64,000 nucleotides of DNA from the human T2T-CHM13v2.0 reference genome, Homo sapiens (GCF_009914755.1 NC_060925.1); one strand, 5' to 3'. Shown: positions 28,179 through 40,829, numbered from the stretch's first letter. The notes: generated from the letters alone by a model not told the origin. Program-made: numbers and translations.

Positions 28179-30399
28179 TAGCATTTAAACGTTACGAAAA
28201 AATGTTGAAGACTTGGAACAAATGATCAAAATAAAGACAGAGTGATTTAGTTGTGTAAAAAAGTGTTCCATAATAAAATATAGCACAATAATGTTAAAAA
28301 TAACAATATCACAGAAAAAAATAGGGAAAACATAAATGAAACTGTGTTATCCTTATGTCAATTATTTGCATAGGATGTATTCAGGCTTCCCTCAGTTTTT
28401 GCAGAAGATCTTAGAAAAATTAAGTGAAAAGTTGCTCAAATCTGTCATTTTAAAAACCTATTAGTATTGATTATTGAAAATATATATTACCAGCCTAACT
28501 CTACAAAAGTTGACAAAGTATCTCTAAAGGAAATTCCAACCAAAAGGATAAGATCCAATTAAATGAGAGATTCAGAGTTTTAAATTCACACTGTGAAAAT
28601 TATACTAGCATACACTTGGAGAAACATGTCACTACAAGCAAATTTAAATACAATTTTTGTTAAAAATAAGCAATAACAATAATAAAATGGCAAACACTAT
28701 ACAGTATTTATTATGAAAGGCACTATTCTAAGTACTTTACAGGAACTCATTAAATCTTCAAAACTAATATCTAATGACATGTAAGAGATAATCTGTCCTA
28801 AGTATATGTGAGTATTGAAGATGAAGTAGGAAAGACGTTGACTTCTTTTTTAGATATGGCATCTTTGACACAGCTCAGTAATCAGAAGGACTGAATCTTA
28901 GAAGAGACTGAAGCCAGAATTTAACGGCAGCTGCCTCGCTTCCATTTTTATGTCTAATATGTAGACGTACATTTGTAAGACAAAATAAACATTTAAAATA
29001 GAGTTTAAGAAACAGAAAACTCAAAATTGGCATTCTATTTTCACTTCAAATCTCGGTACAGAATTATTACATTTCAGTCAGCTCTCCTCAGGTTCATTCT
29101 TCCCTTTCCTCTCTCAAAGCAAAGTGCAGCACTGTCATATGTGGTCTTGTGATCCCACTAGTGTGATGTTGGTCAATAAACAATTAGTCAGTGTAATTCG
29201 GTAAAATCCTATGATGTACTTAGCTGCAGGAAGAACACACACTAATGTCAGCAATGTTGTGAGTCATTTTATTTTATCTGCATATAAAGTGTTTGTATGC
29301 GTTCAGCAGCAAACACACCCGACATCACCTACTTCAATAAGGTTTGCCTTATGGCTTTTTGTTTATTTATTTTAGATCAAAGGTGAGTCTCTGAGCTTCC
29401 ACAGTAAGGACAAGCCTAGAGCAAATGATGCTTCTTGGGACTCTCATCATTTTGTACATAGAGCTTTCTTGTGATGGAGAAGTGTGAGAAATAGTCAGGA
29501 AACTTGGGTGCCTTCCTCAAACACACCTCTTCTGTAGAACCAGAGAATGGTCATAGGAATGCTGCGAATAATGTCACCACTTTCCCATTCCTCCCCAACT
29601 AGTAATGAGAATGTGGAAAACTCAGCTTAAAACTAAAGAAAAATCTTTCAATTTACATTATAGAACATTGAACAACTGCCGCTGCCTCTCCGTTAGCCCT
29701 ACCTCTGCGAAGACCTTTATATTACACTCGAGGAGTCAGAAATACCATAGGAAGGCGACCCACAGTCAATCACCACATAGCCAGATAGGAAACCTTTTAG
29801 CCATGGTTGCATCCAAGCACATGGCAAGCACCGGGCAATGGGCAGCTGCCTCAAACACACCATTCCTGAGAACAGACTCAGCATCAGGTACTTCTGATGC
29901 ATTATTCTCTCCTGATCTTACAGCAAAGCCCTGGAAGCCTGTGCTCTTCCTGTCGCACCAAAACTGCCTTCTGCCCTCAATCATTTTCCCATAGCTGTCA
30001 TGTCCAACTTGACGCAAGCAAATGGCAGGCACCCAGGAACGGGGCTCTTAGGACCACAATGTCCACAGAGGTGATGTCCCAGCCCCATCTCTGAATGACA
30101 AGAGTAGCACACCCATTAGCCATGAAATCGTACTAAGACACTTCCACCAAATTAAATTATTTCCAAGGCACCACCCTGCTAGGCCCTGGGGAAATGATGG
30201 TGAATGAGGCAAGGCACCAGCCTGAATGAGCTTAATCGAGGGGAGACCAATCCCAGGATAAGGGCTGGGTACAGAATGCTGGGGAATTTTCCTGCAGGAG
30301 GTAAGGTAACATACTGAATCTGCAGACAAGTAGGACTGGCTTGGACTAGGAAAAAGGAACTACCTTAGAGTAACAGGAAAGACTTGGTACTTACTGCAT

Positions 30400-31075
30400 A
30401 AAGAGGGTGAAGGAAAATGAGTTTAGGTTGATCCAAACCCCCAGTGTGTTTAACTTCATCAGAGGTGACACCCTCACCAAGGTAGGGAATATAGGAGAAA
30501 AGATAGGTTTAAGGAAAAAGTAGATGAATTCTGTCTAAGAATTCTCTGTTTAAGATACTTGTGACCAGTCTCATGGAAAGATCCTGACAAGCAGTTGAAA
30601 TTTGGGGGCCCCCAACGAGAGGTCTGAGTTAAATATGAGTTCATTGTGGCGGTCATGTGAACAAACCCAGCTGTGAATACCCGCCAGGGAAAAAAAAAAA
30701 AAGTGTGACAGGAGGACATGGGATCCAATGCTAGATGACACCTGACACCTACATTCAATGGGTGACCAGCAGGAGGAGAACCTTCAACAAACAGTGAAAG
30801 GGAACACCCAGGGAAGCAGGAGAAACATCTCGAGCAGGGGACTACCCGAGATGGTAACGCTTCAAGGAGAAGGATCTGGTCAATGTCCAATTCCAAAGGG
30901 AGGTCAGATAAGGACTGAAAAACATTCACCATGGCCAACAGGAGATGGCTGGTCCCTTCGGGGGGGTGGGGTGGTCAGTGCCCACACAGTGGTGGAGCTG
31001 CCAGCTGCGATGTAAGGAGCTGAGGACGGAATGGGAGATGCAGCAGCCTCAGAACTTTCTCAAGAGGCTTAGCTA
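30400..31075 (-). mobile_element. L2 relic
   Basis: Purine-rich; ggtcagataaggactgaaaa, gtttaagatacttgtgacc. Confidence 0.6.
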
Positions 31076-31121
31076 CAAAGAAAAGAGCTCAGCCTTTCAT
31101 TACTTTTTCTTAATAGTTTGC

Positions 31122-31410
31122 AGCTGGGTGCAGTGTCTCACGCCTGTAACCCCAAAACTTTGAGAGGCCAAAGCTGGAGGATTGCTTGAATTCAGAAATT
31201 TGAGACATGCCTAGGCAACACAGCAAGACGTCACCTCTCCCAAAACTTTTTAAAATTAGCCGAGGTGGTGGCATGTGTCTGTAGTCCCAGCTACTGGGGA
31301 GGCTGAGGCAGGAGGATCACTTGAGTCTGGGAGTTTGAGGCTGCAGTAAGTTATGATTGTGCCACTGGACTCCTGCCTGGACAACAGAGTTAGACTTTGT
31401 CTCAAAAAAA
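31122..31410 (+). mobile_element. AluJ
   Basis: Diverged dimer. Confidence 0.9.
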
Positions 31411-31729
31411 TCGAGTTTGTAATAAGCAGAAAATATTCCAACTCAGAGCGAATAGTCAGTTCAGCACAGATTTACAATGAACTCTCTCAGGGTAAACCTA
31501 AGCCCAGACACAGAGACAGAGAGACACTGGCCACGTAACCATGCATCCACTGCTTAGGCAGCAGTGAGATTACTATGAAGAAGGGAAGCCAAGGACAATT
31601 CCTTCGATTACTAAGGAAAGGAAACTAAGACTGATAACAAGTTAGGAATCATCAATAGCATTAATCGAAAAACTTCTCAGAACTGGGAAGAGCCAATTTC
31701 CGCTAGCTTTTTTCCTAAATATAAAAACT

Positions 31730-32056
31730 GGCCAGGCACGGTGGCTCACACCCTGTAACCTCAATGCTATGGGAGGCCACAGTGGGAGGATTGCTCGAGG
31801 TCAGGAATTCGAGACCAGATTGGGCAACACAGGAGGCCCCGTCTCTTAAATTTTTTTTTTTTAAATTTTTTAAATGAGCTGGGTGTTGGTGGCATGTGCC
31901 TATAATTCCAGCTACTCCCGAGGCTGAGACGGAAGGACCACCTGAGTTGCAGAGTTCAGGGCTGCAGTAAGTTGTGATGGTGCCACTGCACTCCAACCTG
32001 GAAGATAGAGATCCTGTGTCTAAAAGAAGAAAATAAATAAATAAATAAATATAAAA
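31730..32056 (+). mobile_element. AluJ with a T-rich middle linker
   Basis: Dimer with (AAAT)n tail. Confidence 0.88.
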
Positions 32057-33364
32057 ACTATTTCTAATGTTTACAGAATGTTTTTTAAGTAGGCAAGAAT
32101 GCCAAAACCTTTAATTGGATGTGACAAACGGTAAAAGTGAAACTGTATCTTCGTGGTAGTGGGGTTCTGCCAGGTGGCCAATGCTCATTAACCAGGGATA
32201 CAGGTGGCTCTCTCCCTGGAGTCAGCCATCACATAACTGACGCTGCACCCAGCACAAAACAGCCCCTGTGAGGGGAGGGAGACCTCGAATTTTTCTTTGC
32301 TCCCTTTATTTTCTTTCAAAAATCTTTTTCCAGTCCAGATGACTGGTCCTCATAAACAAGAATGTCTCGGTGGCATGTGCAGCATAACACACTAACATCT
32401 GCTAACAAGAGCGCGGGTTTTTTTTTTTTTCCATGTTTTGTACTGAGGAAAGGACCACTTTATATTGTCTCTACACAGCTGTGTTTAAGTTAAATGAAAA
32501 TTCGATAGCAATCATTCTACTCGTCTCTAAAAGATGACAAACTATTCATGGATATCACCTGCTTTCTTTACCAAGAATGAGTCATAAAACTTCTGTGATA
32601 TGCAAATGTTATTTGCAAAAGAAAAAAAAACTTCACAGTTCCACATACTTTAAAAAACAAACTATGAAAGGTATATGGTCTTAGTCAAAGGTAAGGAATG
32701 GTTAACCATTATTCATTCTGAGCAGTAGGTCTCATCAAAGATTAGGTGTATCTCTGGCATGTTGCAGGGATTAACCATTAACCCACTGGCTAACAATCTC
32801 CACTACCATGCCCCACCCCCATCCTTTTCAGCCCTCCATGTCTGCAAACCAGAAAGGCAGGAATGCCTCCTGTCTCTAAGGCTACAGATTTGATTAATCC
32901 TGCATCCATGCTCTATCAGTAAAGGACATCTCAGAAGTCAAGACACAGCATATATACCTTTTTATAATTAATCCTGAGTCAGCATAGCTCATCCTAGAAG
33001 AACACTTTCAAGACATATATAGAACACCTTTTAACAATGAAACTACAAATCAGCTGTCACAGAGTTAAATTTATTCTTCTCTAGGATTTGGGGACAGTAG
33101 ACATGACCACTGTTTGCACCAAACTGATGTAATCAACTTTCTTTTGTTCCAGTCAATATCAATTACAGGCATATCTCGGAGACATTGTGGGTTTGGCTCC
33201 ATACCACTGCGATAAAACGAATCTCACAATAAAGCAAGTCACACAAACTTTTTGCTTTCCCAGTGCATATAAAAGTTATGTTTGTTTTACACTATTAGTC
33301 TATAAAGTGTGCAAAAGCATCATGTCTAAAAAGCCAATGTTACCTTAATTTTAAAATGCTTTAT

Positions 33365-33514
33365 TGTAGTCCCCACTACTCAGGAGGCTGAGGCGGAAGG
33401 ATCCATTGAGCCCAGAAGTTCCAGGCTGCAGTGAGCTATGATTGAACCTGTCAATAGTCACAGCACACCAGCCTGCGCAACATAATGAGACTCTATCTCT
33501 AAGAAAAAAAAAAA
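33365..33514 (+). mobile_element. FAM (fossil Alu monomer), 5'-truncated, inserted in Tigger1
   Basis: Carries the 7SL-like segment gagctatgattgaacctgtcaatagtcac that dimeric Alu arms lack, plus an A tail. TSD AAAATGCTTTATTG at 33353-33366 and AAAATACTGTATTG at 33511-33524. Confidence 0.8.
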
Positions 33515-35157
33515 TACTGTATTGCTAAAAAAGGCTAAGGATCATCTAAGCCTTCAGCAAGTCCTAATGTTTTTGCTGGTGGAGGGTCTTGCCTTGATGT
33601 TGATGGCTGCTGATCAGCATGGTGGCTGCTGGAAGTTGGGTGGCTATGGCCATTTCTTAAAATAAAGACAATGAAGTTTGCCACATCAGTTGACTCTTCC
33701 TTTCATGAAAGATTTCTCTGGAGAACCCAATGCTGTTTGACAGCATTTTACCCACAGTAGAGTATCTTTCCAAATTGGAGTCAATCCTCTCACACTCTGC
33801 CACTGCTTTATCAACTAAGTATATGTTATATTCTAAATCCTTTCTTGTCGTTTTAACAATGTTCACAGCATCATCACCAGGAGTAGATTCCATCTCAGGA
33901 AACCACTTTTTTTGCTCATCCATAAAAAGTAACCCTCATCCTTTCAAGTTTTATCATGAGACCGCAGCAATTCAGTCCCATATTCAGGCTCCACTTCTAA
34001 TTCTAGTTCTCTTGCTATTTCCACCACCTCTGCAGTTACTTCCTCTGCTAAAGTTTGAACCCCTCAAAATCATTCATGAGACTTGGAATCAATGTCTTCC
34101 AAACTCCTGTTATTATTATTTTAACCTCCTCTCGTGAATTGGGAATGTTGTTAATGGCACTGAGAATGGTAAATCCATTCCAGGTTTGCAATTTACTCTG
34201 CCCAGATCCATCACAGGAAACACTATCTACGGCAGCTATAGCCTTAAAAAATGTAGTTCTTAAATAATAAGACTTGAAAGTCGAAATTACTCCTTGATCC
34301 ATGGGTTGCTGAATGGATGCTGTGTTAACAAGCATGAAAGCAACGTTCATCTTCTTATACATCTCCATCAGAACTCTTGGGTGACAAGATGCATTGTCAA
34401 TGAGCAATAACATTTTGAAAGAAATTTTGTTAGAGCCGTAGGTCTCAACAGTGAGCTTAAAATATTCAGTAAACCATGCTGAAAACAGATGTGCTATCAT
34501 CCAGGCTTTGTTGTTCCATTTACAGAGCACAGGTAGAGTAGATTTAGCATAATTCTTAAAGACTCTAGGATTTGGGGAATGATCAATGAGCACTTACTTC
34601 AACTTAAAGTCATCAGCTGCAATAGCCCCTAAGAAGAAAGTCAGCCTGTCCCTTGAAGTTTTGAAGCCAGGCACTGACTTCTCCCTAGCTATGAAATTTC
34701 TAGAAAAGGCTGTTTCATCCACATTGAAAATCTGTTATTTAGTGTAGCCACCTTCATCAGTGATCTTAGCTAGATCTTCTGGATAACTTGCTGCAGCTTC
34801 TACATCAGCACTTGCTGCTTAAACTTGCACTTTCATGTTATGGAAACAGCTTCTTTCCTTAAACTTCATCAGTCAACCTCTGCTAGCTCCAGCTTTTCTT
34901 CTGCAGCTTCCTCACCTCTCTCAGTCTTCACAGAATTGAAGAGAGTTAGGGCTTAGCTCGGGATTAGGCTTTGGCTTAAGGAAAGTTTGTGGTTGGTTCA
35001 ATCTATCCAGACCACTCAATTTTTCTCCCTATTAGCAATAAGGCTGTTTTGCTGTTGCTGTTGCACATGTTATCATTCATGTGGTTCACTGGAGTGGCAA
35101 TTTTTATTTCTTTCAAGAACTTTTCCTTTCAGTCACAACTTAGCAAACTGGCACAAG

Positions 35158-35491
35158 AGGATTATAAATCATGCTACTATAAAGACACATGCACATGTAT
35201 GTTTATTGCAGCACTATTCACAATAGCAAAGACTTGGAACCAACCCAAATGTCCATCAATGATAGACTGGATTAAGAAAATGTGGCACATATACACCATG
35301 GAATACTATGCAGCCATAAAAAAGGATGAGTTCACGTCCTTTGTAGGGACATGGATGAAGCTGGAAACTATCATTCTGAGCAAACTATTGCAAGGACAGA
35401 AAACCAAACACCACATGTTCTCACTCGTAGGTGGGAATTGAACAATGTGAACACTTGGACACAGGGTGGGGAACATCACACACCGGGGCCT
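35158..35491 (+). mobile_element. L1PA fragment (end of ORF2 plus start of 3'UTR), truncated at both ends
   Basis: Encodes DYKSCYYKDTCTCMFIAALFTIAKTWNQPKCP...MFSLVGGN*, the ORF2p C-terminus. Stops at caccggggcct with no poly(A). Confidence 0.93.
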
Positions 35492-36379
35492 TTCAGGTAG
35501 CTTTCAGGCTATCTTGGCTTTCAATGTCTCCCTCACTAAATTTAATCATTTCTAGATGTTGCTGAGGTAACTGTAGGGTTCTTAATTGGCCTAATTTCAA
35601 TATTGTTGTGTCTCAGGGAATAGGGAGGCGGGAGGAGAGGGAGAGATAAGGGAGGGAGTGGCTGGGCCATAGAACAGTCAAAACACACACAACTTTTATC
35701 AATTTAGTTTGCCATCTTATGTGGCACAGTTTGTGACACCCCAAAACAACTACAACATTAACATCAAAGATCCCTGATCACAGATCACTTTAACAGATAT
35801 CAAGATAATGAAAGCGTCTGACATATTGTGAGAAATGCCAAAATGTGACACAGAGACTTGAAGTAAGCACGTGCCGTTGGAAAAACAGACTTGCTCAATG
35901 CATGGTTGTCACAAACCTTCCATCTATACAAGAAAACAGCAATACCTGTGAAACGCAATAAAATGGTGTATGCCTGTAATGACATTGCAATGAAATACAA
36001 AGATCACTTATTTACTTTTCCTATAGGTCCACTTTAGTTTTTCAATCCTTTCTGAATACACTAAACTCTGCCATTATCAGATGGTTCAGCTTTCTGAATA
36101 AAAACTCACACTCAGTTCTACTTCTCCTTCACCTGATTTGCCCTCCCAATCTCACCCCAAAAAGTTTAATCAGCTTCCATAGAGAAGTGCTCTCAGGAGG
36201 TAAGGCAATCCCTCTACTTTGGACACATAGCTAGAGACCATCTCCATATGTTTGGACTTGGTCTGGGCAGTTCTATGCCTTGGCTACCACACAGTAGGTC
36301 CTCTGTGAATGAATAATCTGTCCTCCAAGATCTGGCTTAAAGCCAGAGGCCAGAGTCCCCAGGTATAGTTATCAATTTG

Positions 36380-36685
36380 TTTTTTGTTTTGTTTTTTTTT
36401 TAAGAGATGAGGTCTTGCTCTGTCACCTAGGCTGAAGTGCAGTGGCACAATCACAACTCACTGCAGCCTCGAACTGCTGGGCTCAAGCAAGTCTCCCACC
36501 TCAGCTCCTGAGTATCCGTGACTACAGGCACACATGCCACCAGGCCAAACTAAGTTTTTGGTTTTTTTTTTTATTTTTAAAACCACATCTCGCTGTGTTG
36601 CTCAAGCTGATCTCAAACTCCTGGTGTCAAGTGATCCTCCTGCTTTCCAAGTCACTAGGATTACAAGGCATAAGCCACTGCTAGT
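36380..36685 (-). mobile_element. AluJ
   Basis: Diverged reverse dimer. Confidence 0.85.
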
Positions 36686-36894
36686 TGCTGATTCTTTAAC
36701 AGCTTCTGAAGTTAGGCTGAATGGATAACCTTTTGCCTCTCTGTGCAAAAAAGCAATCACCTTGAGAAGACTTTCCCGTACTACAAAAGGTACTAATAAA
36801 AAATACGTTTTTATAACTCTTCAAAACTCACACTTAAATTGTGTGACTCAATTTAAAAACACAGACTACCAAATTGTAAAATACAAAAGCATCA

Positions 36895-38185
36895 CTAATA
36901 AGCACATGAAAGATGCTTAGCAACACTAATCATCAGTAGAAATCAAAGCCACAGTGAGACAATGAGGTATCACCTCACAGGATGGCCCTTATCAAAAAAA
37001 AAAAAATAGAAAGAAAAGAAAATAACAAGTGTTGGCGAGGATGTGGGAAAAATTGGAACTCTTGTGCACTGTTGGTGGGAATACAGAATGGTGCAGCTGC
37101 TACAGAAAACAGTTCAGCAGTACCTTTAACAAATTAAAAACAGAATTCCCTTAGGATCTATGGATTCTCTTTCTGAGTATAGACCCAAAAGAATTTAAAA
37201 CAGAGTCTTGAAGAGATATTTGCACACCCATGTCACAGCAGCATTATTCATGGCAGGCAAAAGGTGGAAGCAACCCAAGTGTCCATCAACACATGAATGG
37301 TTGGATAAACAACTTGTGGTCTATACATACAATGGAAGGAAATCCTGATACATGCTACAACATGGATGAACCTTGAGGATATTATGCTGAGTGGATTAAG
37401 TGTTCTGTCTTTTTTTAGATTCTATAATTCTCTGTTTGGCATCCATCACAGGGCCAGTTGCTATAAACTACATTGTATTATTTTCTGCCTTCTCGATGGT
37501 CTTAGATTTGTGGCCTTGCTGACTGGGGAAAGGCTGCATCTCCCAGGGCTAGTCAATTCTTAGAGGGCTAGTAAATTCTGAGGCCCCTGCCCCAGCACAT
37601 CTTCCACAGGCAAACTCACCAACTCAGTGCCCACACCCCCAACCATCTCCTTTATCAAAAGCCAGTGTTCCATCTTGCCTTAAATCCACCCAGGGCCACC
37701 CACCAGACTGCTGTACCCCACAGCCTACCAGATTTACTCAAACTTGCCAGTCTTAGCTGCTCACCCTGTCCTACCTCACCTTTCCTAAGGAAAACAAAAT
37801 AAGGGTTTGGCCTAGGCTGTCCCCTCACTCCTTCTGCCTCCTAACCAATCCTGCTGCTTCTCCATGTGGCCCTATAGGGTTTGGCATGCTCCTTCTTCTT
37901 AGGAAATTTAATAAAATTAAAATCCCTTGGGTACAACTGACACAATCAGTCAGTCACAAAAAGCCACATTCTGTATGATTCCATTTATATGAACTATCTA
38001 AAGTAGTCAAGTTCATGGAAACAGAGCAGAATGGGGGTTACCAGGGGCTGAGGGCAGGAGAAAATGGAGAGGTGTTGTTTAATGGGTGGAGTTTCAGTTT
38101 TGCAAGATGAAAATTTCTGGAGATTGCAGCACAACTAATGAATTGCACACTTAAAAAATTTTATGTGTTTTTCACTACAATGTTT
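36895..38185 (+). mobile_element. L1MB 3' region interrupted by an LTR
   Basis: Typical ORF2 end and 3'UTR (aacaagtgttggcgaggatgtgg, catggatgaaccttgagga). Resumes at cagtcacaaaaagccac after 37945. Confidence 0.85.
37401..37944 (+). mobile_element. Solo ERVL LTR, MER74/MER73-like
   Basis: TG...CA ends, degenerate 5-bp TSD (TTAAG/ATCAG), motif gccttgctgactggggaaaggctgcatctcccagggctagtcaattcttagag, and AATAAA near 37910. Confidence 0.7.
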
Positions 38186-38209
38186 TTAGATGCTAAAAAA
38201 ATACGTATT

Positions 38210-38498
38210 ATTTTCTGAGACAGCATCTCGCTCTGTTGCCCAGGCTAGAGTGCAGTAATGCAATCTTGGCTCACTGCAACCTCTCTCTCCAGGCTCAAGC
38301 AATCCTCCCACCTCAACCTCTCAAGTAGCTGGGACCACAGGCGCACATCATCATGCCCGGTTAATTTTTGTGTTTTTTTGTAGAGACAAGTTTTTGCCAC
38401 GTTGGCCAGGCTGGTCTTGAACTCCTAGACTCATGCGATCTGCCCGCCTCAGCCTCCCAAAATACTGAGATTACAGGCATGAGCTACCGCACCCAGCC
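38210..38498 (-). mobile_element. AluJ/S
   Basis: Reverse dimer. Confidence 0.9.
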
Positions 38499-38849
38499 AA
38501 AAAATAAGTTTTTAAATCAATTTTAAAATCCCCACCAAGAATCCTGGTCCAAACACCAATTCAAACTAGAAGGATGTAACCTTTGAAGTACACATGGTCT
38601 ATATACTTAGCTGAAAAATGAAAAATGATCTGGTCTGGGATAGGAAGCAGCAGAAAAACCTAAAAGATAGTTGGGGGAAGCAGTAGGAAAGTTGGAAACT
38701 GGCTGCCTGTAAGTGTAATGCAGTCCACAAATATTCATTCAATCATCTGTTCAACAAGCATGTACTTAGTACCTACTATGTGCCAAGCACTGTTTTAGAT
38801 GCTGTGCAAGTGGAAGTAAACAAAACAGATTTAAGACCCCGCTTACAAT

Positions 38850-39148
38850 CTGATGTTTGTTTGGCTCAGTGTTCTTTAAAAATTTGAACATGTTGCCACC
38901 ATTTAAACATCAAAATATCTCACATAAAAATACTGATTTCCATTAGTTCTTCAAAAAAAAAAAATCTGATAGCACTGGCCTGAATTTCAGTCTAGGCACA
39001 ATTATCTAGGACTTAACTGACTACCCTCATTGACAGGGCAAGCATTCTCTTCTTGGCCACAGTCCCACCACTCTCTGTGTGCTACGGGTGTGCTTTACTC
39101 ATTTACTCTTCCTGCCTAGCCCCATAGGCATTTGGATTTTTAACCTGC
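38850..39148 (-). mobile_element. MER102-family hAT-Charlie element
   Basis: Motifs ccacagtcccaccactc, cacataaaaatactgatttcc and ggcatttggatt match recalled MER102b/c. Confidence 0.7.
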
Positions 39149-39184
39149 ATTCCATCTTGTGCCTGGGCTTCCAAGTCAGATTTC

Positions 39185-39400
39185 ACAAAGTTCGAATCCC
39201 ACATCTGCTACTGCTAGCTGTGTCAGTTGAGCTATATTTTTTCTGTCTCGGTTTCTCGATCGGTAAAATGGGGGCAATAATAATGGTATCTATTTCATAG
39301 CGTTGTCATAAAGATTAAATGAGATAATGTGTGCAAGGTGGGTAGCACAGTGCTTGGCAAAAGTCGATTCTCATTAAATTCCTGATATTTTTATTATTTT
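39185..39400 (+). mobile_element. MIR
   Basis: ctcggtttctcgatcggtaaaatgggggcaataataat. Confidence 0.8.
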
Positions 39401-39982
39401 TGGTTGCTGTGTTATTACTCTTGTTCACCATCACCATCATTAGAACCAGCAGCAGCAGCAGCAGGATTGCAAGAAAAATACTTAAAATAGGGACAGAATT
39501 TCAGGGCCTGCCCAATTGTGAAAGGTCCCCTTCTTGTACCATTCCTCCCCCTCCCTCAATTTTCCTTTTTTCTCTCCTTGTCTTTTTTTAAATCCAGGAT
39601 AATTTTGAAAGTTGACTCAGTAACTCCAGGGGGTCTTTTACCATCTGGATGCTCCCAGGCTACAAATTCCAGAGCAGCGGGCAGAGTCAACATATAACCT
39701 CAGGGGGCAAAATTAACAGTCTGAGGTAGTCCTCAAACAGGATAAAACACCCTATTTTAAAAGGCAATAAACCCAGTGCTTGAAAGCCCTCAAACGCTCT
39801 ACAAAGATATCATGAAGCCACGACTATGATTTTAAGACATGCCGCATGTATGGGTCCTACTGATGCATAAGAATTGCTCTGGGCCACTCACCCACCATCC
39901 CGTAGATGCAGCATTTGAGGGAAGATTTTCCAAATTTGCCATATAGACTTAGAGCAGTCCTCTATGGATAGGAAAGTATGAA

Positions 39983-40187
39983 CCAGTGGTTTTACAACTG
40001 AAAAGGCACCAGGGAATTTGTAAAGGTGCAGATTGCCAACAGATTCCCAGACTCTCTCTACTAGACAGTCTGATTCCCTGAGCCTGGGGTCCCCCTCGAT
40101 GGTGCTGGTGCCTGAGTTTTAATGTGCTCCCGGGCAGGCGGGCGGGGCTGACTCAGGCAGTCCCCATACTACTGAAAATAATACTGA
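39983..40187. mobile_element. MER5-like hAT-Charlie relic
   Basis: cagtggttttacaact...gcagattccc...tctgattc...aatactg; degenerate. Confidence 0.45.
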
Positions 40188-40829
40188 GGATGTGTGCCAA
40201 CTCCTCCATCATCCAAACAAGCCTTCACCCCATGACCCCAGCTCAAACCACTTTGTGCAACACCACACATTTAAGGCTGCAAAAGAGACTTGCAGTGTGC
40301 CCTCCAGTCCTTCCTCTTTAGAAGGGAAATAAGAACTGTTGAGAGAATTGAACAAAGCAGAGAATCTGAGAGCCCCTAAACCCAGCATGTGGACCAGAGC
40401 AGGCACTGGAGGCATCGGTACAAGTCACATACTAAGCAGAACTTTGTTCGGTCGCCTGGCAGCTCCCCTCCTGTAGCCGACAATAAACAAGCATCCATCT
40501 CTCTCCATCATCCACTGCCGTGACCGAGCAGGACTAACAGCAAGAACAGAAATTCTTCCTCCTATTACATCTTCTAAATAAATCAAATGGCAACAGAGCC
40601 CAGGGAATGGCAGCTTTTCCATGCCTTTTGACCAGTCAACTATCAATAAATCAGGAGAGAAATCCCTCCGTAAGTAGAAAAAAGCCTTATTTCAGTGATT
40701 AAAGACAATGAAAAATTTACACATTAGTTAATGGAGTTTTTAAAAACTGAGTTCAGCATTTGGGAGAAAAAATACTCTTAGATGTAAAAGTATCCACTAT
40801 CCACTAGGCACTTATTTTTTTTTTAACGA

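Larger units (their letters stand above)
33166..35976 (-). mobile_element. Tigger1 (TcMar-Tigger/pogo) DNA transposon, near full length, with nested FAM and L1 inserts
   Basis: CAGGCATA termini at both ends flanked by TA (33164-33165 and 35977-35978). Minus-strand ORF 34048-34593 retains DDE-transposase motifs (WNNKAWM, LLLIDNA..HP, QPMDQGVI..FK). ORF 33657-33923 resembles the transposase C-terminus. Confidence 0.93.

Noticed and set aside
30474-30938. 154-aa minus-strand ORF
   Set aside because: Lies in an L2 relic and has no recognisable protein homology.
34989-35441. 150-aa ORF fusing antisense Tigger1 to the L1 ORF2 C-terminus
   Set aside because: Accidental read-through across the insertion junction, starting from a non-ATG codon with no promoter or splice support.
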